Shown here: piece after piece, positions 28,488-38,919 of the stretch
How positions within the stretch are numbered: position 1 is the stretch's first letter
How the letters are laid out: each line of letters begins with the position of its first letter
Assembly (NCBI GenBank): GCA_038888155.1
Contig: JAWAJB010000002.1
Coordinates: forward strand, 96,001 to 160,000
Reading direction: 5' to 3'
Length of the DNA: 64,000 bases
Source: Desulfurococcaceae archaeon
GTDB lineage: Archaea; Thermoproteota; Thermoprotei_A; Sulfolobales; Desulfurococcaceae
Translations under genes and position numbers: made by a program
The notes under the pieces: generated by a model
The model's input: only the letters and a program-made list of their open reading frames with translations
The model's database searches: none
Told to the model about the DNA's origin: nothing

Positions 28488-29828
28488 TTAGCTTACTGGT
28501 TTAACCCATTTGCCAATTTTTCTACCCGTTAGCTCACCATTTAACACCACTAACTCACCTCTCAAAACAACATGCTTAACTTTGCCTCTGAGTCGCCAGC
28601 CAATGAATGGAGATATTTTGTATTTATATTCAAGCCACTCGGGCGTTATTTCAAAGTCCTCGTTTGGATCTACTATCACAAGGTCTCCGCTTGAGCCGGG
28701 CATAATTGATCCCTTCCATGGCCACAACTTAAATAGCTTTGCGGGAGCCTCGGATAGCAACTCTGGAATTTTAGTCAGCGGAATTAGTCCCTTCATGGCT
28801 GTGTCAAATATTAGTGGGAACAACGTTTGCACTCCAGCAAATCCAGAGGATGCCTCCCATACAGATTTGTCCTTCTCTTCTGGTGTGTGGGGGGCATGAT
28901 CAGATCCTATTGTCTCAATAGATCCATTAATTACGGCATCCATCAAGGCCTTTCTGTGAATACCTCCCCTTATTGGGGGATTCGCCTTTATTAAAGTACC
29001 ATACTTGGAGTATGCATCTTTATCCAATAAAAGGTAGTGTGGGCATGTTTCTGATGTGATGTCCACTCCCAAATTCTTAAACTGCTTGATATATTCTAGT
29101 GCATCTAAGGACGAGACATGAACTATATGAGCTCTGCCACCTGTGTACTTGGCCAACAGGGATATCTTTACAATGCTGTAGACTTCGGCTATTGGGGGTC
29201 TAGCATAATCGTGAATAGAGGGATCCAAGCTATTAGCTTTTCTTGCTTTGTCTGAAAAATATGTAATTAGTCCAAAATCTTCTGCGTGAAACATCACGCG
29301 GGTATTAGTTTTTGCTGACTTCCACATAATTTCGTATAGTGTTGGGTCGCTTGGGGGAGGTATGTTACCGGTTGTTGGGCCCATGAACACTTTGAATCCC
29401 ACAGCACCTGCAGATAGCATATTTTCAAATTCATGGATATTGCTGTCGTGGAGAACCCCTATAAGGGCGAAATCTGCATACGCTTTAGATTCTAGGACTT
29501 TTCCCTTGTAAACTAAGTTTTTCTCGCTTTCAACGGGTGGAAGGGTGTTAGGATGATCTATAACTGTTGTGACCCCACCTTTAATAGCGGCTTTTGAGCC
29601 ATGTTCAAAGTCGTCTTTATACTCAAGGCCCGGCTCTCTCATATGAACATGCTCGTCTATTATTCCTGGGAAAACATAGTTACCTTGTGCATTGATTACT
29701 TCCTGCATGCCTTCAGAAGGGAGATCTCTACCGATCTCGGAAATAACCCCGTCCACTATCCTTATGTCAAGCTTGTGTACACCAGCAGTCGAGACAACTA
29801 GACCGCCCTTTACGAGCAAACTTGCCAA
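28488..29828 (-). CDS. pyrC: Dihydroorotase-family cyclic amidohydrolase
   Basis: DEHVHMREPG (HxHxR), HPNT, carbamylatable Lys in GFKVFMG, HAED, SDHAPH; Arg and Asn favour dihydroorotase over allantoinase. Confidence 0.7.
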   Translation of the reverse strand: MASLLVKGGLVVSTAGVHKLDIRIVDGVISEIGRDLPSEGMQEVINAQGNYVFPGIIDEHVHMREPGLEYKDDFEHGSKAAIKGGVTTVIDHPNTLPPVESEKNLVYKGKVLESKAYADFALIGVLHDSNIHEFENMLSAGAVGFKVFMGPTTGNIPPPSDPTLYEIMWKSAKTNTRVMFHAEDFGLITYFSDKARKANSLDPSIHDYARPPIAEVYSIVKISLLAKYTGGRAHIVHVSSLDALEYIKQFKNLGVDITSETCPHYLLLDKDAYSKYGTLIKANPPIRGGIHRKALMDAVINGSIETIGSDHAPHTPEEKDKSVWEASSGFAGVQTLFPLIFDTAMKGLIPLTKIPELLSEAPAKLFKLWPWKGSIMPGSSGDLVIVDPNEDFEITPEWLEYKYKISPFIGWRLRGKVKHVVLRGELVVLNGELTGRKIGKWVKPVS

Positions 29829-29938
29829 GCTTTCTACACCTATATTCCTAAATAGACTGAAATGTTAATATTTCTCTCGCTACGAACTAATTGCATTTAA
29901 ATTTTTAGCGGCTATAAAGTAATTTAAGGGATATCGTT

Positions 29939-32296
29939 TTGGAAGACCCCTATAAATTGTTAGAGAAGTGGATCTCTGCTGAGTCCTATTTCGTTGTTAG
30001 TAAAGATGTTAAGAGGGTAGACGCTTTAGAGAAAGCCCTCGGCGTTGCTAAATTTACCGAGGATTACCTTATTGATTACTTACAAGGAAACACTTTGTTC
30101 ATTAAGCAAGTCTTAAGTCAAACTCCTCATGCGAGAATAATTAGCATTGATCCAAGCAAAGCGCTATCTATTCCAGGCGTTGTGGGAGTTTTCACGTCCC
30201 ACGACATACCTGGAAGCAACCAAGTTGGATACGCAATTCAAGATCAGCCCCTTATTGCAGAAAGAAAAGTTAGATACGCAGGTGAAGTAGTGGCCTTAGT
30301 GGCAGCCGTCGATTACGATAAATCTATTATGGCTTCCGAGGAAGTTAATCTGCAATACGAACCCTTACCGTACATATTAGACCCCGTAGAGGCTATGCAG
30401 AGGCGGGATTTACTAGTACACGAAGAAAAAGGAACTAATGTAGCTTTCACAACAAGAGTACAAAAAGGCGACGTGGAAGAGGGCTTCTCAAGGGCCTATG
30501 TAGTTGTTGAAAATGAGTACCACCTCCATCATCAGGAACACGCTTATTTAGAGACCGAGGCAGCATTAGCTCTGCCTGATGCTGAAGGAAGAATAACGGT
30601 TATAGGAGGACTACAGTATCCCCACTTAGGTCAGAAGATAATAGCGAGAGTTCTAGGAATTCCAATGAGCAATGTCAAGGTAATTGCCCCCTACATTGGG
30701 GGTGGGTTTGGAGGCAAAGATGATGAGGGGCCCTTAACCTGTGCAAAAGCCGCTTTAGTGAGCTACTTAACCAAACGACCATCGTTCATCATTTACAGCC
30801 GTGAGGACTCAATGAAGGTCCATCCGAAGCGCGAAGCCGCTGTAATAAAGTACAAAAGCGGTGTTGGGACAGACTGTAAACTAACTGCTATAGATGTCAC
30901 TATAATTCACGATACAGGCGCTTATGCTAATAGAGCGCCGTTCATTCTGTGGAGGGCCACAATGCATGCATCAGGCCCATACGAAGTCCCAGCTGGTAGA
31001 GTTAATGGTTATGCTGTTTATACCAATAAGGTTTATCAGGGGTCATTTAGAGGCTTTGGAAACCTATCAGTTCAATTTGCGGTCGAGAGACAAATGGATC
31101 TTTTATCTGAGAAGCTAGGCATGGACCCAGTCGAATTTAGGCTGAAAAACATTCTAAAGCCTGGATCTCTGACGTTAACCAGTCAATTGCTGGATCACTC
31201 GGTCGGCATTAGCGATGCATTAAAGAGCGTCGCTGAAAGGGCAGAGTGGTGGAGAAAGAGAAAAGAGTACAACGAGTTCAACGAAAAGAGTTCTAGATAT
31301 AAGCGCGGTATTGGGGTTAGTGTGGCATGGCACGGTATAAGTACCTCTAGAGCAGTGCCCGATTGGTCAAATGCTTACATTAAAATAGAGATTGATGGCT
31401 CTGTAATAGTGTACACTGGAATAGTGGAGATGGGACAGGGCTCGCCAACTTCATCTCATGTTCAAATAGTCTCAGAGATTCTTGGGATCCCCTTGAGTAC
31501 TATAAAAGTCGTTTTTGCGAGTACAGACGCCCCTGATACAGGAGCAACGCATGCATCAAGGGGGACTGGAATCGGGGGGCTAGGTGTACTCGTAGCTGCA
31601 GCCAAGCTAAGGGAGCGACTGTCGCGTTTAGCCTCACGTATAGTTGGCGTTGATCCAGAGGAACTCGTTTTTAACGATGGCAGAGTATATTGGAACAAGG
31701 ATAACAGCGTGGGGATATCCTGGAGCGACCTCATACGTGAAGCCTATTCGAGGGGAATTAATGTATCTGCTACAGGATACTACTATATACCCAAGGGAAG
31801 ATTTGATGAGGTGCATGGACAGGGATTTGCCTATCCGGCGTACAGTTTCATAGTACTTATAACAGAAGTCGAAGTCGACACTTGCACTGGATCAATTAGA
31901 GTGCTTAAGGTCTACCCGAGTCTTTCGTCAGGCAAAATAATCAATCCACAGCAAGTAGAGGGGCAAATAGAGGGAGCCGTCGCCCAAGCCATAGGTTATA
32001 CATTAATGGAGAGACTGCACTTTGATGAGCACGGTAGGATATTAAACACCAATTTTACGGACTATGTTATACCTACAGCAAGGGATGTTCCCGAAATAAT
32101 GAGACCGATTTTCATAGAGGATAAGTATAGGCACGGTGCTTTCGGCGCAAAAGGCGTTGGTGAAATGGCTTTAATTCCTGGCCCGGCCTCTATAGTTAAT
32201 GCTGTATCATTTGCCCTTGGAGCCAACATAAACTCAACCCCCGTTACTCCATGGAAAGTTCTCAACGTGTTACGCTCTTTTAATACTGGGGGATAG
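29939..32296 (+). CDS. Xanthine dehydrogenase-family molybdopterin-binding subunit (copy 1)
   Basis: HAYLE, GGGFGGK, SFRGFG, EMGQG, GQIEG, AKGVGE; lacks the CoxL AYxCSFR motif. Confidence 0.93.
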   Translation: MEDPYKLLEKWISAESYFVVSKDVKRVDALEKALGVAKFTEDYLIDYLQGNTLFIKQVLSQTPHARIISIDPSKALSIPGVVGVFTSHDIPGSNQVGYAIQDQPLIAERKVRYAGEVVALVAAVDYDKSIMASEEVNLQYEPLPYILDPVEAMQRRDLLVHEEKGTNVAFTTRVQKGDVEEGFSRAYVVVENEYHLHHQEHAYLETEAALALPDAEGRITVIGGLQYPHLGQKIIARVLGIPMSNVKVIAPYIGGGFGGKDDEGPLTCAKAALVSYLTKRPSFIIYSREDSMKVHPKREAAVIKYKSGVGTDCKLTAIDVTIIHDTGAYANRAPFILWRATMHASGPYEVPAGRVNGYAVYTNKVYQGSFRGFGNLSVQFAVERQMDLLSEKLGMDPVEFRLKNILKPGSLTLTSQLLDHSVGISDALKSVAERAEWWRKRKEYNEFNEKSSRYKRGIGVSVAWHGISTSRAVPDWSNAYIKIEIDGSVIVYTGIVEMGQGSPTSSHVQIVSEILGIPLSTIKVVFASTDAPDTGATHASRGTGIGGLGVLVAAAKLRERLSRLASRIVGVDPEELVFNDGRVYWNKDNSVGISWSDLIREAYSRGINVSATGYYYIPKGRFDEVHGQGFAYPAYSFIVLITEVEVDTCTGSIRVLKVYPSLSSGKIINPQQVEGQIEGAVAQAIGYTLMERLHFDEHGRILNTNFTDYVIPTARDVPEIMRPIFIEDKYRHGAFGAKGVGEMALIPGPASIVNAVSFALGANINSTPVTPWKVLNVLRSFNTGG

Positions 32297-32298
32297 GT

Positions 32299-33189
32299 AT
32301 GTATAGAATTCCCGAATTCAAATATTTTAAAGTTACCAGCTTAGGTGAGGCACTGGAATTACTGAGCAACCTAGACGATGCACGAATCCTAGCTGGTGGA
32401 ACAGACTTGGTATTGGACATGAAGACCAATAGGTGCAGACCTAAGTTCGTGATCGATATAGGCGGGTTAAGTGAGTTAAGGTATATAAAAGACATTGATG
32501 GCGCTTTACATATAGGATCTTTGACAACTATACAGGAAATATACGACTCGCCTCTAGTTTCAGCCAAGTTACCATTGTTGAAGAGGGCCTCTGAGGAGTT
32601 TGCATACTGGCAAGTGAGGAACATGGCTACCATAGGCGGCAACCTCTGCAACGCTTCCCCAGCTGCAGACACCGCACCTCCACTTCTCGTACATGAAGCA
32701 GTAGTAAAAGTCAGAAGCGTTAATGGGGAGAGATTAATCCCGCTCGAGGATTTCTTTAGGGGACCTAGGGTGACCGCACTCAACAGAGATGAGATCCTCG
32801 TAGAGGTTATTGTGCCTTACAAGAGCTTAGAAGGGGGAGGATTTTCATACATAAAGGTCGGCAGGAGAAGAGGTCATGACATATCCATAGTTGCCGTAGC
32901 TACAGCTGTTAGGTTAAGCTACGACATAATTAGTGACATTAGGTTGGCATTGAACTCTGTGGCCCCCAAGCCTATTAGGTCTCGTAGCGTGGAAGGTAAG
33001 CTCATCGGCCAAAAAGCCATTTTAGAGAAGTTCGAGGAAGCATCGTGGAGCGTTGAAAATGACATATCCCCAATAACGGATGTAAGAGCTCCGGCGGAGT
33101 ACAGGCGATATATGGCAAGGCTACTTGTGAAGGAAACCCTACTCGAGGCAACTAAATCCCTTTCAAGAGGGGAAAGCATATGCATGTGA
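32299..33189 (+). CDS. Xanthine dehydrogenase-family FAD-binding subunit (copy 1)
   Basis: LAGGTDL, QVRNMATIGGNLCNASPAAD, PITDVRA. Confidence 0.93.
   Translation: MYRIPEFKYFKVTSLGEALELLSNLDDARILAGGTDLVLDMKTNRCRPKFVIDIGGLSELRYIKDIDGALHIGSLTTIQEIYDSPLVSAKLPLLKRASEEFAYWQVRNMATIGGNLCNASPAADTAPPLLVHEAVVKVRSVNGERLIPLEDFFRGPRVTALNRDEILVEVIVPYKSLEGGGFSYIKVGRRRGHDISIVAVATAVRLSYDIISDIRLALNSVAPKPIRSRSVEGKLIGQKAILEKFEEASWSVENDISPITDVRAPAEYRRYMARLLVKETLLEATKSLSRGESICM
32611..32765 (+). repeat. 155-bp exact direct repeat, copy 1
   Basis: caagtgaggaacatgg...tttaggggacc identical to 36357-36511. Confidence 0.95.
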
Positions 33190-33650
33190 AGTTTAAATTA
33201 AATGGTAAACCTGTTGAGCTTGAAGTAGAGCCTTGGGAGGTATTAATCAACACTCTCAGATTCAAATTGAAGATAAAGAGCGTAAAGCGTGGATGTGAAA
33301 GAGGCGAATGTGGAAGTTGCACTATCCTCCTCGATGGAATGCCAGTTACTTCGTGTATGATTTTAACGGCGCAAATTGATAGAAGGGAAGTAACTACCGT
33401 CGAGGGCCTCATGGGGGATAAGTTATATGAAATCCTTATCAAAAAATTTATTGACAACGGCGCGATACAGTGCGGCTTCTGTACACCGGGAATACTATTG
33501 ACAGCTTGGGCTGGTATCGCACATAAAAGAATGAAGACGCTCGATGACATAAAAAAATATCTGGGAAACCTCTGTAGGTGTACTGGCTATGTTAAGATTT
33601 TAGAAGCCATAAACAAAGCAATAGCCGAGGTGTACAGTGGTGGAGACTAA
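33180..33650 (+). CDS. Xanthine dehydrogenase-family 2x[2Fe-2S] subunit (copy 1)
   Basis: GCERGECGSC...SC, QCGFC, NLCRCTGY. Confidence 0.95.
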   Translation: MHVKFKLNGKPVELEVEPWEVLINTLRFKLKIKSVKRGCERGECGSCTILLDGMPVTSCMILTAQIDRREVTTVEGLMGDKLYEILIKKFIDNGAIQCGFCTPGILLTAWAGIAHKRMKTLDDIKKYLGNLCRCTGYVKILEAINKAIAEVYSGGD

Positions 33651-35997
33651 CTACAGGTATCTAGGTAGGAGGTCTCCAAGGAGTGATGCAACAGCTAAAG
33701 TTACTGGCTCGATAAAGTTCGTCAACGACTTAGAGATCCCCGGAATGCTATACGGCAAAATAGTAAGGAGCCCATACGCATTTGCGGATATTAGGAGGAT
33801 TGATGTTAGCAAGGCGCTGGAAATGGGGGCAATAGTTATAACACCAAACGACGTTCCCCATAGACCTTACAACCCCAGACTGGTAAGTATTGATGATGTA
33901 ACATTTAGAGACACCCAAATTCTAACTTATAGTCCAAGGTATATCGGCGAACCAGTGGCAGCTGTAGCAGCGTCCTCAGAAGAGCTTGCTCAGAGGGCAG
34001 CAGAAGCCGTTGAGATAGAAGTAGAGAGAGCGTATCAACCTATTTTGGACCCCATCGAAGCACTGAAGCCCCATTCTCCCAAAATACACGAAAAAATAAT
34101 GAAGGGGAACAAATGGATTGTTGTGGAGAACAATATTGCGTGTAAACTTGACTACAGTGAAGGAGACGTAGAAAAAGGACTAAAAGAAGCCGACATTGTA
34201 ATCGAAAGAGACTTTAAAACAGGTAGGAGATACCATATGCAACTTGAACCCAAAGCGGTGCTATGTGTACCCGAGGTCTCAGGAAAGTTAACCATTTACA
34301 CTACTACACAGACTATACATAATACGAGGATACTAATAAGCCAGATCTTCGGTATTCCAGAGAGCAAATTGAACGTTGTCAAGTTACCCATTGGAGGCTC
34401 ATTTGGCTCAAGCATACAGACGAACTACCTAGTACCGATAGCAGTGGCTCTTAGCTTAAAGGCAAAGAAACCAGTTAAAATAGCGTATACCAGAGAAGAA
34501 GATATCCTGGATCATTCCAACTTTACATTCAACTTTAAAATAAAGATCGGAGCTAAAAGAAGCGGAATTTTCACGGCAGCTGAGTTTGTGAACATACTGG
34601 ACATAGGTGCTCACCAGGTCCAGCCATATCCACTCCTAGGAACTAGCTTGGGGTGGTTTGTATCGATGTATAAGTGGAAGAATATAAGGTACAGTGGTAT
34701 AGCTGTTTACACTAATAAAGTCCCCGGATGCGCACTCAGAGGCTACGGTGCTCCCGAGGTTCAATGGGCTGTCGAAGAAATGGTCGACGAAATATCAGAG
34801 AGATTAGGCATGGATCCCGTCGAGCTTAGGCTTTTAAACTATGTAGGTAAGGGCGATATATTCTGGGGTCAGGGTCCTACAGTTAGATCAGTCATAAAAT
34901 CGGATGGTGTTCCGGAGCTTTTGCTTAAATGCAGGGAGATTATTGGATGGGATAAAAGGGGCAACCCGAGTGAGAAGAAAGGTAGGTTTAGGCGCGGTAT
35001 AGGATTGGGTAGGGGGTTCCACACTTCGGGCGCTGGAGGGCCAATTAGTGGTGAAGTCATAGACTATACTGGTTGCATTTTAAAGCTGAACGAAGACGGC
35101 ACGCTGGATTATCTTACTGCATTGCAAGATCATGGGGGAGGCACATTAGATGCCCATATAAAGATCATAGCCGAAGAACTTAAAATATCCCCAGATTTAA
35201 TCAACCTCTCTCTGGCTTCAACCGAAAACACTTTGTACGATGTATGTACTCATGCCTCAAGAGGGGTATACGCTGGCGGTGAATGCGCTAGAAGAGCGGC
35301 AAAATTACTGAAAGAAAAGATCCTCGATGCAGCTATAAGAATCATTGACCGAGCAGTGAATCGGGAGGCTTTAAAAATAGGTTACGATGAAAACAGCAAA
35401 GAAGCTTTCGTGTACGTTGAGGGAACAGATATTAAAATCCCACTCAAGTATATAGCGTGGACATCATGGCAAAGGAATTGGGGAACAATTTCTGCTGCGA
35501 TATCATATAGAGCTACTTCGGCTCCACCAAGCTTTACAGTATATTACGTAGAAGTCGAAGTAGATACGTGGACTGGTAAGGTAAAGCCCATACGTGTTGT
35601 AGCTGGTGCAGACATAGGCACGCCAATAAACCCCGATATGGCTGAAGGTCAACTTCATGGAGGTTTTGCAATGGCGTGGGGAATGGCATTTACCGAGAAC
35701 GTTATGTACGATCCCCAAACGGGGGATATAATGGGCAGAGGGCTAATAACAGACTACAAAGTAGTTACAGCAAAAGATGCTATAACGCCCGATGACTTTA
35801 AAGTGGTCTTTGCAACTACATACGAACCAGATGGTCCGTTTGGATCTAAGGGACTTGGGGAGGCTGCAATGAATCCTGCTGTAGCTGCAATACTAAACGC
35901 TGTTTACAATGCTATTGGAGTGAGATTCTACGAACTTCCAGTAACTCCAGATAAAATCATAGCAGCACTAAAGGAGCGAGGTGAGATTAAGTGGTAG
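33637..35997 (+). CDS. Xanthine dehydrogenase-family molybdopterin-binding subunit (copy 2)
   Basis: HMQLEP, GGSFGS, ALRGYG, GQLHGG, SKGLGE. Confidence 0.93.
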   Translation: MVETNYRYLGRRSPRSDATAKVTGSIKFVNDLEIPGMLYGKIVRSPYAFADIRRIDVSKALEMGAIVITPNDVPHRPYNPRLVSIDDVTFRDTQILTYSPRYIGEPVAAVAASSEELAQRAAEAVEIEVERAYQPILDPIEALKPHSPKIHEKIMKGNKWIVVENNIACKLDYSEGDVEKGLKEADIVIERDFKTGRRYHMQLEPKAVLCVPEVSGKLTIYTTTQTIHNTRILISQIFGIPESKLNVVKLPIGGSFGSSIQTNYLVPIAVALSLKAKKPVKIAYTREEDILDHSNFTFNFKIKIGAKRSGIFTAAEFVNILDIGAHQVQPYPLLGTSLGWFVSMYKWKNIRYSGIAVYTNKVPGCALRGYGAPEVQWAVEEMVDEISERLGMDPVELRLLNYVGKGDIFWGQGPTVRSVIKSDGVPELLLKCREIIGWDKRGNPSEKKGRFRRGIGLGRGFHTSGAGGPISGEVIDYTGCILKLNEDGTLDYLTALQDHGGGTLDAHIKIIAEELKISPDLINLSLASTENTLYDVCTHASRGVYAGGECARRAAKLLKEKILDAAIRIIDRAVNREALKIGYDENSKEAFVYVEGTDIKIPLKYIAWTSWQRNWGTISAAISYRATSAPPSFTVYYVEVEVDTWTGKVKPIRVVAGADIGTPINPDMAEGQLHGGFAMAWGMAFTENVMYDPQTGDIMGRGLITDYKVVTAKDAITPDDFKVVFATTYEPDGPFGSKGLGEAAMNPAVAAILNAVYNAIGVRFYELPVTPDKIIAALKERGEIKW

Positions 35998-36923
35998 GTA
36001 TGCCGTTCATTCCTCCAGTGAACATAACTGAGAGAAACACTAGGATCATACCGGTAGATTTCGAGTACTTCGAACCAAAGACCATAGAAGAGGCCTTAGA
36101 ACTCTTAAACGTGTATAGCAATGAAGCGAAAATCCTAGCGGGGGGAACAGACCTATTAGTGAAGATTAAGGTTAAACTTCTTCGGCCAAAGGTAATTATA
36201 AATATAAAGAGAATATCGGAGCTAAGATACATTGTAGAGGACAACGGTTACGTCAAAATTGGAGCACTAACTACTCTTCGAGATGTGGAGAGATCTGAAA
36301 TAGTCAAGCAAAAGGTCCCTGCTCTTTTCACTGCTGTAAATAACATGGGCAGTATTCAAGTGAGGAACATGGCTACCATAGGCGGCAACCTCTGCAACGC
36401 TTCCCCAGCTGCAGACACCGCACCTCCACTTCTCGTACATGAAGCAGTAGTAAAAGTCAGAAGCGTTAATGGGGAGAGATTAATCCCGCTCGAGGATTTC
36501 TTTAGGGGACCGGGAATTACTTCTATGGGGCCGAATGAGATGTTAGTTGAAGTAATGATCAAAAAGAGCCACCTTGGAGCCTCTGCTTTCAGGAAAATAT
36601 CTCGGGTCGCAGTGGATTTAGCTGTTGCAAGCGCGGCAGTGTATTTAGAGGTGAGCGAAGATACAATTACGGAGACTAGGGTATCACTTGGTTCTGTGGC
36701 GCCAACGCCGCTTAGAGCTAGGAAAACCGAGCTTAAATTAAAGGGCCTTAAAGTAGGTTCTAATGATCTACGTGAAGCACTAACTATGCTCGAACAAGAG
36801 GTATCTCCTATAACAGATACGAGGTCTACCGCAGAGTACAGAAGGTATATAATTAAAACACTAGTGTGGGATGCCTTAAACGATGCATATACAAGATTAA
36901 AGGAAGGGAGTGTGGAAAAATGA
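35991..36923 (+). CDS. Xanthine dehydrogenase-family FAD-binding subunit (copy 2)
   Basis: LAGGTDL, QVRNMATIGGNLCNASPAAD, PITDTRS. Confidence 0.93.
   Translation: MVGMPFIPPVNITERNTRIIPVDFEYFEPKTIEEALELLNVYSNEAKILAGGTDLLVKIKVKLLRPKVIINIKRISELRYIVEDNGYVKIGALTTLRDVERSEIVKQKVPALFTAVNNMGSIQVRNMATIGGNLCNASPAADTAPPLLVHEAVVKVRSVNGERLIPLEDFFRGPGITSMGPNEMLVEVMIKKSHLGASAFRKISRVAVDLAVASAAVYLEVSEDTITETRVSLGSVAPTPLRARKTELKLKGLKVGSNDLREALTMLEQEVSPITDTRSTAEYRRYIIKTLVWDALNDAYTRLKEGSVEK
36357..36511 (+). repeat. 155-bp exact direct repeat, copy 2
   Basis: Identical to 32611-32765; flanks diverge immediately on both sides. Confidence 0.95.
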
Positions 36924-37390
36924 AGGTTTCCTTTAAAGTGAATGGGGAGCCATTTACAGTGGATGTTAAGCCCAATGAACTTTTGATCAATACATTACGA
37001 GAGAGATTGAGAATATTAAGCGTTAAGTACGGTTGTGGTATAGGTGAGTGCGGCAATTGTACAGTACTAGTAAATGGCGAACCAGTGCTTGCATGTCTAT
37101 TTCTTACAGTAGATGCAAATGGATGCGAGATAATTACTGTTGAAGGAATATCAAAGAATGGATTAACCGAAATTCAGAGAGCATTCATAGAGGAGGGGGC
37201 AATACAATGTGGTTATTGTACACCTGCGCTCATTTTAATGTCAGAGTATCTAATAAGAGAAAAGGCTAGGCCATCTATTGATGACGTAGGGGAGTACTTA
37301 AAAGGAGTTCTTTGTAGGTGCACTGGCTACATTAATGTATTTAAAGCAATCATCAAAGCATCTGAGCGTAAGGCCGGTGCAAATACTTGA
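36920..37390 (+). CDS. Xanthine dehydrogenase-family 2x[2Fe-2S] subunit (copy 2)
   Basis: GCGIGECGNC, QCGYC, LCRCTGY; start moved to the ATGA overlap at 36920. Confidence 0.93.
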   Translation: MKVSFKVNGEPFTVDVKPNELLINTLRERLRILSVKYGCGIGECGNCTVLVNGEPVLACLFLTVDANGCEIITVEGISKNGLTEIQRAFIEEGAIQCGYCTPALILMSEYLIREKARPSIDDVGEYLKGVLCRCTGYINVFKAIIKASERKAGANT

Positions 37391-37656
37391 TAAAGGTAAG
37401 GGTAAGATTTTCGGGTTTATTTGCAGACATCGCTGGCAAAGAGAGCGAAGAAATAAGCGTGCCCAATGGAACATGCCTGAACAACTTTATAAAGATAGTA
37501 TTAGCAAACAACAGATCTCTTGGAGAATGGTATGACAAAGTCCCCTATATACAGATTTTTCTAAATGGAGTCGAGGCTACAGGAAGGGAGGCTCAGAGCT
37601 GTTTAAATGAAGGGGATGAGGTTACGCTTTCACCTCCGCTACATGAGGGAGGATAA
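37387..37656 (+). CDS. MoaD/ThiS/SAMP ubiquitin-like sulfur carrier
   Basis: Beta-grasp pattern, LNEGDEVTLSPP and C-terminal GG; coupled to the Mo-hydroxylase operon. Confidence 0.88.
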   Translation: MIKVRVRFSGLFADIAGKESEEISVPNGTCLNNFIKIVLANNRSLGEWYDKVPYIQIFLNGVEATGREAQSCLNEGDEVTLSPPLHEGG

Positions 37657-37896
37657 TTAGGCCAACACTATTTGCTTCAATTTTTTTAAAATAATTACGA
37701 TTTAATTGTATCAAACAAGTTGTTCACGTAATCCTACCTGAATTAGCCGTGTAATAGAGCAACAATTGATAAAGCTGTAAACAATGTAGCTCGAAATTCA
37801 ACGAATACATATGGGTTCTTTTTTATGAACAATCTCTGATATGTTACGTTGGCATTGAGCGCAAGTAAAATGCGATGATCATGTCGGAATCTTAAA

Positions 37897-38919
37897 TTAA
37901 ATGAGAGGTATTGCCTTTTCAATGCCAAAATTCACAGGCATCCCCGGCTTTACCTCTTTGCGTGTAAATAAAACTAGCTCTTGATCTCTATAAGAAATTA
38001 GCGCTACGTAGTGACTTAATCCGAGCTTATGAACACTAACAACTTTTCCCCTTAGAGGCCCTTTTTCGGACACATTTACATATTTTGGTAGTATTAGAAC
38101 TTTCCTTGTTTTTGCCCCTTTGATTGGTCCAGCGTAAAATTCATACCCATCTATTAAAGCCTCGCAAGGTCCGTATTCGCTACACTTCAAGTCATCAACA
38201 AGAATGGTTGTCCCCAGCCAACTTTTAGCGCTTAGAGGCAGAGAACTTGTTTCTAGCTCAGAGGGAGGTCCCTCATATATTGACTTGCCACTGTGTAGAA
38301 TGCACAATCTATTAACAATAGCTATGAACTCTTCGAAGTTATGAGTGGCCAAAACTATGGTTTTACCATTCTTTAAGAGCTTAAGCAAGCTCTCTTTTAT
38401 AATTCCCCACGATTGGGCATCGACACTAAGCTCTGGTTCATCCATTAATACTATATCTGCATCAACAACTAATGCACGCGCGATTGCCACTCTCCTTGCT
38501 TCACCGCCACTGAGTGTGGCGGGGTAACGATTTAATAAGTGTTTTATTTCAAGAGCATCAGCTATATTTTCAACTTTTTCTCTTATTTGCGACTCGGTAT
38601 ATCCCCGATCAATAAGCCCTATAGCTATATTCTTCCAAACGGTTAAAGCAGGCGATAAAGCATTTTTCTGGGGCACGTAAGACAAACCCCTTGAATGGCT
38701 CGCGACATTTCTAGCATTACTTCCATTTATGAAAACTTCGCCAACGTAGTCAATTAACCCAGCCACAACTTTTAATACAGTGGTTTTTCCAGAACCATTG
38801 GGACCTATAACTATTGACAACCCAGCACTAGGAAAAGATGCATTTATATTCTCCACGATTTTCTTGCCATGGGCATACACGCTTATATTACGCAGTACAA
38901 TGCTACTCAACAGCATCAC
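37897..38919 (-). CDS. ABC transporter ATP-binding subunit
   Basis: GPNGSGKTT, LSGGE, LMDEP; C-terminal TOBE-like extension. Confidence 0.92.
   Translation of the reverse strand: MMLLSSIVLRNISVYAHGKKIVENINASFPSAGLSIVIGPNGSGKTTVLKVVAGLIDYVGEVFINGSNARNVASHSRGLSYVPQKNALSPALTVWKNIAIGLIDRGYTESQIREKVENIADALEIKHLLNRYPATLSGGEARRVAIARALVVDADIVLMDEPELSVDAQSWGIIKESLLKLLKNGKTIVLATHNFEEFIAIVNRLCILHSGKSIYEGPPSELETSSLPLSAKSWLGTTILVDDLKCSEYGPCEALIDGYEFYAGPIKGAKTRKVLILPKYVNVSEKGPLRGKVVSVHKLGLSHYVALISYRDQELVLFTRKEVKPGMPVNFGIEKAIPLI

Noticed and set aside
29939-35997. Aerobic CO dehydrogenase (CoxL)
   Set aside because: Neither large subunit has the AYxCSFR active-site motif
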